Below are positions 31,525-41,532 of a stretch of DNA of 64,000 nt, piece by piece. Source of the stretch: an uncultured Chloroflexia bacterium. Its GTDB lineage: Bacteria > Chloroflexota > Anaerolineae > B4-G1 > SLSP01. Position 1 is the stretch's first letter. The number at the start of each line of letters is the position of its first letter. A program made the position numbers and the translations under genes. The DNA lies in the NCBI GenBank assembly GCA_963751345.1, contig CAVVUS010000030.1, positions 364,730-428,729 of the forward strand, read 5' to 3'. The notes under the pieces are model-generated. The model saw only the letters and a program-made list of their open reading frames with translations. It was not told where the DNA came from and searched no databases.

Positions 31525-33156
31525 ATGTGCGAGTTCACGATCGTACGCGCGGAACGGCGGCCGGACTCGATCTTCATCGAGGGAACATCCGACTGCGACA
31601 CGGTGTCGGTCAGGATCAACCTGCCCGACACGACGGCATTGACCTCTCCGGTCGACGCCGAAGGCCACTGGGAGGTCGAGTTCACGGAGAACGAGGTGCC
31701 CGACCTCGACAGGGTCACGTGCCCCGACCGGATCAAGATGGACATTCACTGCGTGGACGACCTGTCCTGCAAGGGCCCCGATTTCGTGGATCTGGAATGC
31801 GCGGGCGCCACGTGCCCGCAGATCGGCCTGGCACTGACGGAGATGTCGGCCTGCGACGCCAACGATCAGCAGACGGCGACGTTTGAGGTCACGGTGACCG
31901 GCGCGCCCAACCCGACGATCCTGAGCATCGACTTCGGCGACGGGGCAGACGAGACCCTCCTCAACAGCGAATCCAGGCGAGCGGCGGCGGCCCGATCTCG
32001 AGGCAGCATTCCTACGACCCGGGCAGCTACACCGTGGTGGTCAGCGCGCTGTTCCCGGAGGGCTGTGCGGACTCGAACCCGGTGACCCTCGCCGTGCGGT
32101 GCGAGATCGCGTGTCCCGAAGACATCGCCTTCGAGATCGAGGCGGCAGACGGCAAGCGCTACCGGACGGTCTCGGGCACCACCGGGCCCTATGAGGAGAT
32201 CACGGACGGCGGCGGTGGCGAGGTCCGCGATTGCCTGCCGGGCGGCGACGCCACGGTGGTGCTGGCCGCGCCCGACGCTGCAGGCCTGGGGATCACGTGG
32301 CGGCAGGACGACGACCCACCGCAGGTGACGGACCAGGCCACGTTCGTCGTGACGCTGGGGAGCGGCGCCGAGGTGACCGTCAACGCGACCTTGACGAAGG
32401 ACGGGTGCCCGCCGCTGTCCGAGCCGGTCGTGCTGCAGGGCTGCGGCTGCGAGCCGACGGCGTGGTCGGAGTGGAGCGAGTGCGACGCCTGCGAGCAGCG
32501 CCGGACGCGGACGCTGGCCGATTGCACCACCGAGACGGAGACGCGGGCCTGTACGCAGGATCCCGGCCCCTGGACGCCGTGGCGGCGGTCCTGGTTCTGC
32601 GGGGCCAGTCGCAGCCGCGAGGGTGCGGACTGCACGACGGAGACGCAGAGCCGCGTGAACTGGTGCTGCGTCTGGATGTGGATCACGTTGGGGCTGATCG
32701 CAGCGACGGGGGTCCTGATCTTCATCACCCTCTGCATGCTGCCCGCGACCTTCTGGTCGGCGCTGGCGGCGGTGGGGTCGGGCGGCGGTCTGGCCCCGGT
32801 CTGGGCGGCGCTGACCGCGACCAACATCGGGATGCTGATTGCTTCAGGCGCGGGCCTGCTCCTCTCGATCGCGAGCCTGGTACTGTGGCTCATCTTCTGC
32901 GTCTTCGGCAACTCGCGGGACGCGGCCTGCTTCCTGTTGGGGATCTTCATCCAGGTGATGGCGTGGCTGACGTCGATCAGCACGCTGGTCGCCGCCGTGC
33001 TCTGGGTGATCGCGCTGCTCTGCGGGCTGAACGTCGTCTGTCTCTTCCAGGCGGTAGGCTGCGCGGTAGGCGCGACGATCGACGTCGGCGTGGTTCGGCG
33101 TGATCCTGTCCGTCGCGGTGATCATCCAGTCGTTCCTCTGCGGCGGGGAGGACTGA
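31525..33156 (+). CDS. Cys-rich membrane protein with PKD/Ig-like domains, two thrombospondin-type-1-like repeats and a C-terminal multi-TM region (frameshifts near 32000 and 33085)
   Basis: Strong RBS; IDFGDG and (Y)TVVV PKD-like motifs; WSEWSECDACEQRRTR and WTPWRRSWFCGASRSR; hydrophobic Cys-rich tail. Confidence 0.65.
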
Positions 33157-33181
33157 TAAGACGGACTAAGGGAGGTGCACT

Positions 33182-33776
33182 ATGGCACGAAAGCTCTATG
33201 AATTGGCGCGAATGGTTCCCGGCTGGATCGTTGCGAACCTGCTGGGCTTTGCCGCGATCAGTACGTTACCCCTCGTCCTCACGTTCCTGAAAGCAGCGCC
33301 CGGCATCGTGGTGTCGTCCCTGCTCGTCGGGATCCCGATCGGTTGTTGCCCAATGGATCGTGCTGCGACGTGCCGTCCCGATCTCGGTTTTGTGGGTCGC
33401 CACGATTCCAGCCGGGCTGCTCCTGGGATTGGTGGTGCTCAACAGCCCCATCCTCTCGCCGCTTTGGGCGTCTTTTGACGATGAGTCCGTGCTTGCACTG
33501 ACCGCAGGCTACGTGGTCGTCGCCGCTTTGGTTGGGTTGGCCCAATGGTCCCTCCTGCGGGGTCACTTCACCACGTCATGGGCCTGGCTGTTGAGCAGTG
33601 TGGTCGGCCTCGGGCTAGGCACCGGGCTTGTGTTGGGTTCGGACCTGATCCATCAGGCTTGGCTCGTCTCTGTGTTCGTGGTCGCGCTGGTGTATGCGGT
33701 GGTGACCGGACTGGTCATCGCATGGTTGCGCGCGGCGCACGGGAAGGCGGAAGGGAACGTGGTGGGCGCGGCGTAG
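33182..33776 (+). CDS. Hypothetical membrane protein (frameshift near 33345)
   Basis: GGAGG RBS; repeated G.AQW..LR motif and TM helices. Confidence 0.65.
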
Positions 33777-33929
33777 CGAGGGAGCGAGAAGGCGAGGCGG
33801 GCCTGCGGCAGGGCGTAGGGGTCGTGCGCCGATAGGAATCGGCGTGGGCGCTTCAGACGGTGGGAGTGTGCCGATTGGAGTCGCCGTGAGCGCCTCGGAA
33901 GGCCGCCGGAAGACATGGAGAAGACAGAC

Positions 33930-34826
33930 TCAGCGGGCGCCCGAGGCTTGTATGGCAGTCACGAGCTGCTGGTAAAGGGATCTCTCTCGACCGTAGGGAT
34001 CGAGCGCGAGTTGGGCTTCCTCTGGGGTCAGGTCTTCCAGAAAATCGTAGGCCCGCTGGACATCGCGGACGAGGTCAGACGGGGCCACGAGGCGATCCGG
34101 ACGCACCAGTCTCCCCAGGTCGGACCAATCGTAGCGGTCCTCAGCCAGGCCGGACAGGAAGTTGGCAGGGTCAAAGGCGAAGCTGGTCTCCCAGCATTTC
34201 ACAACGGCGATGCGGCGTACCAGGTCGCGGTCGTAGGGCTGACGCGCCAGCTGGTAGAGGTCATAGAGGTCGCGCACGCGGCTGCGCTGGGCAGCGGCAC
34301 GCAGCTTCTCGCCGATGAGTTCGTGTAGATCGAGGGCCGGCACTGTAGGCGGGTCGACGCCAAGCCAGTCGAAGTAACGCTCGGGGCGCAGAGGTATCCG
34401 CTGAATAGGCAGCAGAGGCTGAGCCCGGAAGCTGATCTGGAGCCCAAAGCGTCCAGCCGTCACCCAGTCGTGATGGTAGGTGACCTCAGCGCCGCAGGAG
34501 TCAGACGTAGCATAATAGCTGGGGCTGGGGATCGTGAACGTGAGCCCGTAGAAGGTCTGCTCGTGCAGGGCGCCCACGAGGTCCAGGATCAGGGCATCGG
34601 GAGACGTTTCGCCCACCGCCGTGAAATCGAGGTCGAGGCTGAAGCGCCCGGTTGAGCTGAGGTGGAGCTTGCGCAGTGCGGTGCCGCCCTTGAAGGCCAG
34701 CCTGTCAAGCAGGCCCTGGTCCGAGAGGATGCGGAGGACATAGGTCAGGGCGATCTCGCGCTCGGCGATGTCAAGATCGACGCCGGCATCAGCGGCATAC
34801 CATTGGACGAGGCGCCTCTCGATCAT
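33930..34826 (-). CDS. abiEii: AbiEii-type nucleotidyltransferase toxin (type IV TA)
   Basis: AFKGGTAL, RFSLDLDF, EKLRAA, RVRDLYDL. Confidence 0.9.
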   Translation of the reverse strand: MIERRLVQWYAADAGVDLDIAEREIALTYVLRILSDQGLLDRLAFKGGTALRKLHLSSTGRFSLDLDFTAVGETSPDALILDLVGALHEQTFYGLTFTIPSPSYYATSDSCGAEVTYHHDWVTAGRFGLQISFRAQPLLPIQRIPLRPERYFDWLGVDPPTVPALDLHELIGEKLRAAAQRSRVRDLYDLYQLARQPYDRDLVRRIAVVKCWETSFAFDPANFLSGLAEDRYDWSDLGRLVRPDRLVAPSDLVRDVQRAYDFLEDLTPEEAQLALDPYGRERSLYQQLVTAIQASGAR

Positions 34827-35650
34827 CAGCGTACCTCGATCTCGGCGAGCAACTCGCGATGGGGCACGTTGTCAACGACGTGCCAGGTTGAATCATAGTC
34901 ACCCCCTGTAGACCACCGGGCGGGCCGGCCGAGATAGGGGGTGCTCGTACTCACAGCAGCCAGGAGACGATCGCGGACGGGCGCTGCGGGCGACAGGTCG
35001 AGCGCATCGAGAAGGTAGCCCAGGCGCTGGATCAGGGCCTGGGACTTGAATCGAAGTGCATCATCGGTCAGCTTGTCCCAGTCGAAGCGACCGGCTCCGC
35101 GGCGGAGCATCCCGGCAATCTCCGGAATATCGCCGGCGTACTCGGGGCGGTCGAGCGCATCGACGACGGTCTTTTCCGGCCCGGCCATACGCACGGGACT
35201 TCCATAGGCGTCAACCTCAACGTCGCCGAAAAACTTGTGCGGAGGCTGGTGGACGAGGCGATAATCCTTACCGCGCAGGTGAATCAGGCGCCGGCGCGGC
35301 AGGGCCGAGGTGGCGAGATAGACGGTGGCCGCAGCCTGGGTGGAGAGACCGTGGAAGTAAGCTGCAGTGGCGAAGGAGAAGTAGTAGGGCTCGACCAGGG
35401 CACTGCCGATGAAGAGGGGGTTGGTGTCAGGGAAAGCGTGCTCGCCACGCTCGGCGGGAATGAGCTCATAGACACCAGGCGTGAGGGGAGCCAGCCAATG
35501 GCGACGGGCGAGGCGGCTGAGCACCTGGCGGGCGTGGTCATAGGAGCAGTCGAGAATGGCCATGGTCTCGTCAATAGAGACGGTCAGCTGTTTTTCCCAC
35601 TCGAGATGCAGGATCAGCCTGGCTTCCAGATCGGACAGTGAACGGGACAT
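34826..35650 (-). CDS. abiEi: AbiEi-type antitoxin / transcriptional regulator
   Basis: N-terminal wHTH, YFSFATAAYFHGL, EKTVVDALDRP; translationally coupled to the toxin. Confidence 0.88.
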   Translation of the reverse strand: MSRSLSDLEARLILHLEWEKQLTVSIDETMAILDCSYDHARQVLSRLARRHWLAPLTPGVYELIPAERGEHAFPDTNPLFIGSALVEPYYFSFATAAYFHGLSTQAAATVYLATSALPRRRLIHLRGKDYRLVHQPPHKFFGDVEVDAYGSPVRMAGPEKTVVDALDRPEYAGDIPEIAGMLRRGAGRFDWDKLTDDALRFKSQALIQRLGYLLDALDLSPAAPVRDRLLAAVSTSTPYLGRPARWSTGGDYDSTWHVVDNVPHRELLAEIEVR

Positions 35651-35671
35651 CGCGTGCGTTCCCTCCGGGCT

Positions 35672-35728
35672 TCTTACGTTGATCGCGTTTTGTGACAGAT
35701 TTAGTCACAAATCGCGACTTCCGTAAGA
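35672..35728. promoter_or_regulatory. Long imperfect palindrome upstream of abiEi, candidate autoregulatory operator
   Basis: TCTTACG..TCGCG.TTTGTGAC-N7-GTCACAAA.CGCGA..CGTAAGA. Confidence 0.55.
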
Positions 35729-35896
35729 GAGTATAGCGGAAGACAGGGAGAAGGGAAGGTATCGCGGCGTGACGCTCGGCTTCGAGATTGTCACCCGGCG
35801 TCCGACGATGTCTATGGGTCGCCGGGCGACACATTCCCAAGTCAGGCGTCTGGTTGTGATGGGATGCAGGATGGCGGAGTCAACGGAGAGCAAGAG

Positions 35897-36829
35897 CTAG
35901 GGCTCGTAGACGTGATCGTTGTGCCACTCGATGTACGCGGATGACGGCCAATCGGCGGGCGAGCCGGGCAGCACACGAAGCTCCTGACCGTGCATCCGAT
36001 AGTAGTCACGCCCGTTCTCGAACTCCTCCTTGATCCGCTGACTAACCTCGATGTGATAGTCGGGTGTCACCGTGATGTAGCCTCGATCGTAGAGGATGTG
36101 TAGATCGGCACGCAGCAGGAGCCCGTTGTCCACGCGATGCGGCCCGGAGTCTGCGAACGGCCTGATGTGAGACGCCTGCAGGACCGGGAGTGTACGCTCC
36201 CCGGTCATCGCACAACGGCGATGGTAGGCCTCGGTGACCAGGGAGCGGAAGCCGCCCTGCCCGAGCCTGGCGCGGGTTAGGTACTCCTCCCCGTACCGAG
36301 GGGCGTCGAGCACGGCCCTGTCCGGCACGTCAGCATCGAGGCGGCGCAACTGCGTATACTGAACCGCATCCTGGAATCGCTGCCACAGCTCCGCGCCGAC
36401 CGCGGCTTCAGTGCGGTATGTCTTCCCGGACATGATGTTGGTGTGCCAGTCGGACGGCGGGTCGATCCAGTCATCTTCGTCCAGGAAGACCGGCTGTGTG
36501 AGGACGATACAACCGATCTCGGGATCCGGGTGCCGCGGCGCACCCATATAGCGGAAGATCGCCCGGCGGAAGGTGCCGAGGTCGGGTGCTCCATTCCTGC
36601 GCTCGAACACCTCCCACGCCAACGAAAGCGGCAGGCGCGTGTAATGGACGAAGAAGCCCCCACCTGCGATCTTGTTGACGGGGCTCTTCAGCTTGAAGAG
36701 GAAGGGATCCCACCGGCTCAGGGCCGCAAGGCGGACCGAACTGGGGCGCCAGAAGTTCACCTCGTCGGGCTGGTGCTCGGCGAGGTAGCGGAACCAGTCG
36801 ATATCCGTGACACCGACGAAGAGCTTCAT
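35897..36829 (-). CDS. HNH endonuclease, putative restriction protein (COG3440-like)
   Basis: RLGQGGFR, RCAMTG, ASHIRP, NGLLLRADLH; separate N-terminal domain. Confidence 0.85.
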   Translation of the reverse strand: MKLFVGVTDIDWFRYLAEHQPDEVNFWRPSSVRLAALSRWDPFLFKLKSPVNKIAGGGFFVHYTRLPLSLAWEVFERRNGAPDLGTFRRAIFRYMGAPRHPDPEIGCIVLTQPVFLDEDDWIDPPSDWHTNIMSGKTYRTEAAVGAELWQRFQDAVQYTQLRRLDADVPDRAVLDAPRYGEEYLTRARLGQGGFRSLVTEAYHRRCAMTGERTLPVLQASHIRPFADSGPHRVDNGLLLRADLHILYDRGYITVTPDYHIEVSQRIKEEFENGRDYYRMHGQELRVLPGSPADWPSSAYIEWHNDHVYEP

Positions 36830-37165
36830 TCCGGCCTTCCCGTCCCGGTAGGATATGGTTCCTCCGACTGTACTGCGCTCCCTTGGCTGCGCAAGCACCT
36901 AACCGCAACGACTCGAATTGGAGTTTGGGCCCTATACGCGGCTGGTACAGTGTCCCTCGCCTTGACGCCCCTCGTCCTCTTGCTACAATCATACCTGTGG
37001 CCAACGACCTATACGTGCACAAGCTAAAGATGCAAACAAACCAACGAGGAGGGCCCCTGCCACCTTCGCCATCGCTTTTACGATGGACGATGTTTTCAGG
37101 GCCGTCCGTTGTCGCTCGTCTGTCACCGCCGTAAGGAAACAGGCCTCCTCGGCGAGCGACCTGTA

Positions 37166-37345
37166 TCATCGCAACAACCACGTCTTACCCATCCCTGCCT
37201 GGCCGTGGACGTTGAACAGCAGATACTCATGATCATCCGGCGTGCCCAGGTTCCGCTCAAAGACCTCGAGCTCGGCATCCTGCCCCACGAACAAGTCACG
37301 TTCGCGCTCTTCCCTTACATCACCCCAAGTCCGCTTCGTTGGCAT
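37166..37345 (-). pseudogene. Truncated STAND/AAA_16-like ATPase remnant
   Basis: GGAGG RBS; MPTK...LFVGQDAELEVF...VHGQAGMGKTWLLR then a stop straight after Walker A. Confidence 0.6.
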
Positions 37346-37704
37346 GCCTACCTCCGTGCAAGCGCCTCTTACAGCGCGCTCACTCTCGAAGAGTCAGGAT
37401 TTCCCCATATAGTCTATGATCTCTTCTCCGACTCTGCAACGTCGCCCAACTTATCCTCCCACGTTTCCCCACCCACCGAAAAGGCCTCCACGATGGTGGA
37501 GGCCTTGCTCGCCTACCATGCCGCCACCACTGGCGCCACTCCCGTCACCCTCAACGACAAACTCGATCAGCCCCTCACCCTCACTACCACACCAGGCCCG
37601 CCTGCCGACCATGATCTCCGGCCAACGCCCCACTCACCGCGCCCCACTCCCACTGACCGATCTAGACGCGCTCGGCCTGTAGTCAAATGGTCGACCAACT
37701 GTCC

Positions 37705-38515
37705 TCACCCAAAGGGCGACTCTTGGAGCTTATTGTCCCTTAGTTCTTCCTCAAGGTCATCAAGAAAGCGCACCAGGCCTGCAATGTGGCTCAGAATCAA
37801 CACGCTCTCACGGTAGTTGAGAACAGGATTGGGATGAGCCAGACTCTGGTTGTTTCTAACGCTATTGAATGAATCCAACACGCTGATCGATGACTTCAGT
37901 ATCCGCTCCGTCATTCCCGAATCTACAGCGCATTCATTCGCTAGGGCTTTTACGTATCCCCCGAAGATGCTCTGAAGAGGATGCTTACGGTCATATGCAA
38001 CGCCGTGCTCGTCACACAGTCGTCGGACGTACTTCATCATGTACGTGTGTAGTCTATCCAGTGCCGCTTCCGGCTCGCCTTGTTCAATGCTTCGTCTAAT
38101 CGAGGCTACCAACAGATTGAAGTCTTTATCATCAGGGTCTGACTGCAACGCATCCAGATTCTCGAGCCCCGTGTTGCCCAGTAGCCTATCAACAATCCGA
38201 CTACACTCCTCCTCCAATTCATGCAGCTCTTGCTCATCCGACACCGAGTAATATGAATGCCCCGCAGCCCGCCGATACTTCAACAGATCCCTAAGGAGGC
38301 ATCCCACAGACGGTCTCCTCGGCTTCCCAGAATCCTCTCAGTAGATTGGCCTTTGACCCGCTACCTACCGTGTATTTCGCATCATAGATGTCCACTGCGA
38401 CAGATCCAGCCACAAATCGCTGGAAAGAAGCATTGGAGAAGTTCAGCACATAACCACTCTCCATACCGAACAACTTCTCGAACTTCATCTTCTCCATTAT
38501 GTTGAGGCTAGACAT
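37705..38515 (-). CDS. Abortive infection family protein (Abi_C C-terminal domain), frameshift near 38300
   Basis: FEKLFGMESGYVLNFS...SKANLLRGFW; C-terminal VRNNQSLAHPN (RxxxxxxH). Confidence 0.75.
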
Positions 38516-38913
38516 ACTACCTCCAAGAGCACCCGACATCGCATATCGCCAAGCTTCCACAGATGTGAATCCCGATTCACCATCTTACGCGTTAGCCCTT
38601 GGCTCATCAAGATTATCAATACTGCCGCTCCCATCCTCTCTTCGGACATTGACCTACCGACGATCAGCCCGGCAATGTCCTAGCCAATCTCATCGATTGT
38701 GTGTGGCTGTACTCCGTGCCAATTGTACCGGATGGCTATGCTACCTCCTCGAAAGCCGGCTAAGCGTCCCTACGCTTCACTCGAGAAACAACACCTCGAC
38801 ACATCGGTCCCCTCACTCTCATGCACGGACTCACAATCCCCATCGCTATTCGAGTTCGCCCACCCGATACAGACACTTTTCCCGTAGTCTCCCGGCAAAC
38901 CTGCCTCAGCTCC

Positions 38914-39762
38914 TCATATACTCCCAAACCATGCTCGATCCACTGTCACCTTCTGCGTCTCAATCACCTCGGTCTCCACGCCCAACCCGAGATCCCTCAG
39001 CTTCTCAATCAACAAATCCCCATCAATCAGATCGATGGCTAGCGCACCGTCCCGAACCGCCTCCCGCATCGCATCTCGCGTGAAGTTGCCTGTGGTGATG
39101 AGCAACCCCTTGTCCGCGCGCCCGACCATAGCACCCCGAAAGTCCCGCACTTGCCCTACCGAGACTGAACCCTTGTACCGCTTGCATTGGAAGATCACGT
39201 GGAAACTCAGCAACCCCCCAAGCCTCATAACGCCCTTGCCGTCGATCCCGCCATCGCCGCTCCTGCCGGTGACCTCCACCTGGATAAACCCCGACTCCCT
39301 GAGTAGCCGCTGTACCAGACGCTCAAACGCGGACGGATCCATCTCCAACAGCGTCTCGAGGAGCTCGTCCCGCCAGTTCTCTGCCTCCTCCGACTCCACC
39401 TCATCCGGCTCTGCTTCCCGCTCCTTTCGCCGCTCCTGCATCCAGCGCTTTACCAACCCCGGATTGACCCGCTCTATCTCCCTACCCTTCGGGGTCAGGG
39501 CCCACACGCCTCTAGCGGAGTTGTCCAGCACTCCGTAGTTCTTCAGATAGGTCCTTGTCCATGCCAACCGGTACTCGACCTCGCTCTGACCTCCCCCGGT
39601 TTCAGGCTTATGCAACACCTCGGTCTGCTCGTCGGTGAGATCAGCGATCTCGATCACTCTGTTGCTGATCTCCTCGATCGTCCCGGACCCGCCCAACTCC
39701 TTGAGAGCCCGGATCACGGGATTCATCAACGAATCGTAGCTCGGAATCTCCGCTTCACTCAT
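38914..39762 (-). CDS. mrr: Mrr family (type IV) restriction endonuclease
   Basis: Mrr_N wHTH (RLAWTRTYL...RGVW), FERLV, GDGGIDG, QCKRY, LIDG. Confidence 0.92.
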   Translation of the reverse strand: MSEAEIPSYDSLMNPVIRALKELGGSGTIEEISNRVIEIADLTDEQTEVLHKPETGGGQSEVEYRLAWTRTYLKNYGVLDNSARGVWALTPKGREIERVNPGLVKRWMQERRKEREAEPDEVESEEAENWRDELLETLLEMDPSAFERLVQRLLRESGFIQVEVTGRSGDGGIDGKGVMRLGGLLSFHVIFQCKRYKGSVSVGQVRDFRGAMVGRADKGLLITTGNFTRDAMREAVRDGALAIDLIDGDLLIEKLRDLGLGVETEVIETQKVTVDRAWFGSI

Positions 39763-39998
39763 GCGATCTCCTTAGCCGCTCCGGATCATGCCTACACCGC
39801 CGGGTATCGTGTGCACAGGGGTCACAATATAGTGTAGACCCTATCCCTCGAGCCCGCAATATCCTCTTGCCTGCGACGCCTCATCACGCATCTGATCACC
39901 CATATCTCTAGCCCATCCGTTCTATTCCTCCTTGACAACCCTTCCCTTCCTGGTACCTTACGTGTAGGCGAGCGGTGAGGCGAAGGGAGAGGCCGGCC

Positions 39999-41111
39999 AT
40001 GTCTGATGATGCAGTCAAACTCATAGACCTGTTCTCCGGAGCAGGAGGGCTGACTCTGGGTTTCCAAGAGCATTTCGGAGATCGTCTCGAGGTCGTCTGG
40101 GCTAATGATTTCGATAAAGCCGCCGCTGCCACCTACAACGCCAACTTCGGGCATCGCTGCGACTCCCGCGACATCGTCGACCTACTCGCGGACCCGGACT
40201 TCGAAGTGCCCGAAGCCGATATCGTGGTCGGGGGTCCTCCCTGTCAGGGATTCAGCCTTCTCAACAAGAACCGGGAAGCCGATCCCCGTAAGCAGCTCTG
40301 GAGACCCTACCTGGAGGTCGTCGAGCGTTCCGGTGCGACCACCTTCCTCATTGAGAACGTCCGCCAGCTCATCTCCTCCCCCGAGTACGACGACATCGTG
40401 GATGTGGCCCGGGATCTGGGCTTCGACATCTGGTCGGCGGTGCTCCGCGCTGCCGACTACGGCGTGCCGCAGATGCGCTATCGCGCCTTCATCGTCGGGA
40501 GCAGGGAGACCGACCCCGCAACCCACTTCCCTCCGAAACGCACCCACTACAATCCCGAAGAGCCGATCCCCCTAAGCAACCTCTTCTATGTTGAAGACCC
40601 GCAACCTTACCGAACCGTGCGCGACGCTATCGCCGATCTGCCCGCCCCTGTCGGTACCTCAATTCGCGATGAAGACCCGCCGCTGGATCTGCATTTCGGT
40701 CGCAATCCAACGGAACTCAGCCGGCAGCGTTATCGTGTCGTCTCCGAAGAAGGGATGAATCGATTCGACCTCCAACGTTTGGCGCCGGAACTCACCCCGC
40801 AATGCTGGATAAACAAGAAGAGCGGCGGCACCGATCTCTTTGGGCGCATGTGGTGGGATCGCCCCTCGGTCACTATCCGCACCGAGTTCTACAAACCCGA
40901 GAAGGGCCGCTACCTGCATCCCGAGCAACATCGCCCGATCACCCATCGTGAAGGTGCGCGCCTCCAGTCTATCCCCGATTCGTTCGTCTTCCGCGGAAGC
41001 AAGATCCGGATTGCACGCCAGATCGGGAATGCCGTTCCCCCTCTTCTCGCAAGGCGCCTCGCCGAGAGCATCGACGAGCTCATAAGGATCTCCGTCCCCG
41101 AGCATGCCTGA
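39999..41111 (+). CDS. dcm: DNA (cytosine-5)-methyltransferase
   Basis: DLFSGAGG, GGPPCQGFS, ENV, YGVPQ.RYR, QIGNAVP. Confidence 0.95.
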   Translation: MSDDAVKLIDLFSGAGGLTLGFQEHFGDRLEVVWANDFDKAAAATYNANFGHRCDSRDIVDLLADPDFEVPEADIVVGGPPCQGFSLLNKNREADPRKQLWRPYLEVVERSGATTFLIENVRQLISSPEYDDIVDVARDLGFDIWSAVLRAADYGVPQMRYRAFIVGSRETDPATHFPPKRTHYNPEEPIPLSNLFYVEDPQPYRTVRDAIADLPAPVGTSIRDEDPPLDLHFGRNPTELSRQRYRVVSEEGMNRFDLQRLAPELTPQCWINKKSGGTDLFGRMWWDRPSVTIRTEFYKPEKGRYLHPEQHRPITHREGARLQSIPDSFVFRGSKIRIARQIGNAVPPLLARRLAESIDELIRISVPEHA

Positions 41112-41511
41112 CCGTATTACCCCTCAGCAGCGCAGCCGCAATATGGCTCGTGTGAGGAACAAGAACACCGCTCCCGAGGTCACGGTCAGGAAAATCCTCC
41201 ATCGCTTAGGCTATCGCTTTCGCCTCCACAGGCGCGATCTGCCCGGAACCCCGGATATCGTCTTGTCGCGCCACAAGAAGATCATATTTGTCCACGGCTG
41301 TTTCTGGCACAGTCACGATTGTCCCCGAGGCAAGCGTCCGGCCACACGTACCGAGTTCTGGAATGCCAAGCTTGACGCGAATGTCGCGCGAGACCGCCGT
41401 GATCAGCAACAGCTGGCGGACATGGGGTGGAGCGTGCTCGTCGTTTGGGGATGCTGGCTAAAGGATGTAGAATCCCTGGAGCAGAAGCTCGTCGCCTTCA
41501 TGGAATCCTGA
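41104..41511 (+). CDS. vsr: Very short patch repair endonuclease
   Basis: RSRNMARV, GYRFRL, PGTPDI, FVHGCFWH. Confidence 0.95.
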   Translation: MPDRITPQQRSRNMARVRNKNTAPEVTVRKILHRLGYRFRLHRRDLPGTPDIVLSRHKKIIFVHGCFWHSHDCPRGKRPATRTEFWNAKLDANVARDRRDQQQLADMGWSVLVVWGCWLKDVESLEQKLVAFMES

Positions 41512-41532
41512 CGCCGCAAGGAGTGGTTTCCT

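Noticed and set aside
37109-37816. 235-aa plus-strand ORF and 38499-39083 ORF in the defence island
   Set aside because: Low-complexity translations overlapping better-supported minus-strand features.
38680-38725. Possible further nifJ-end remnant (CTGTACTCCGTGCC)
   Set aside because: Only about 11/14 matches, compatible with chance.
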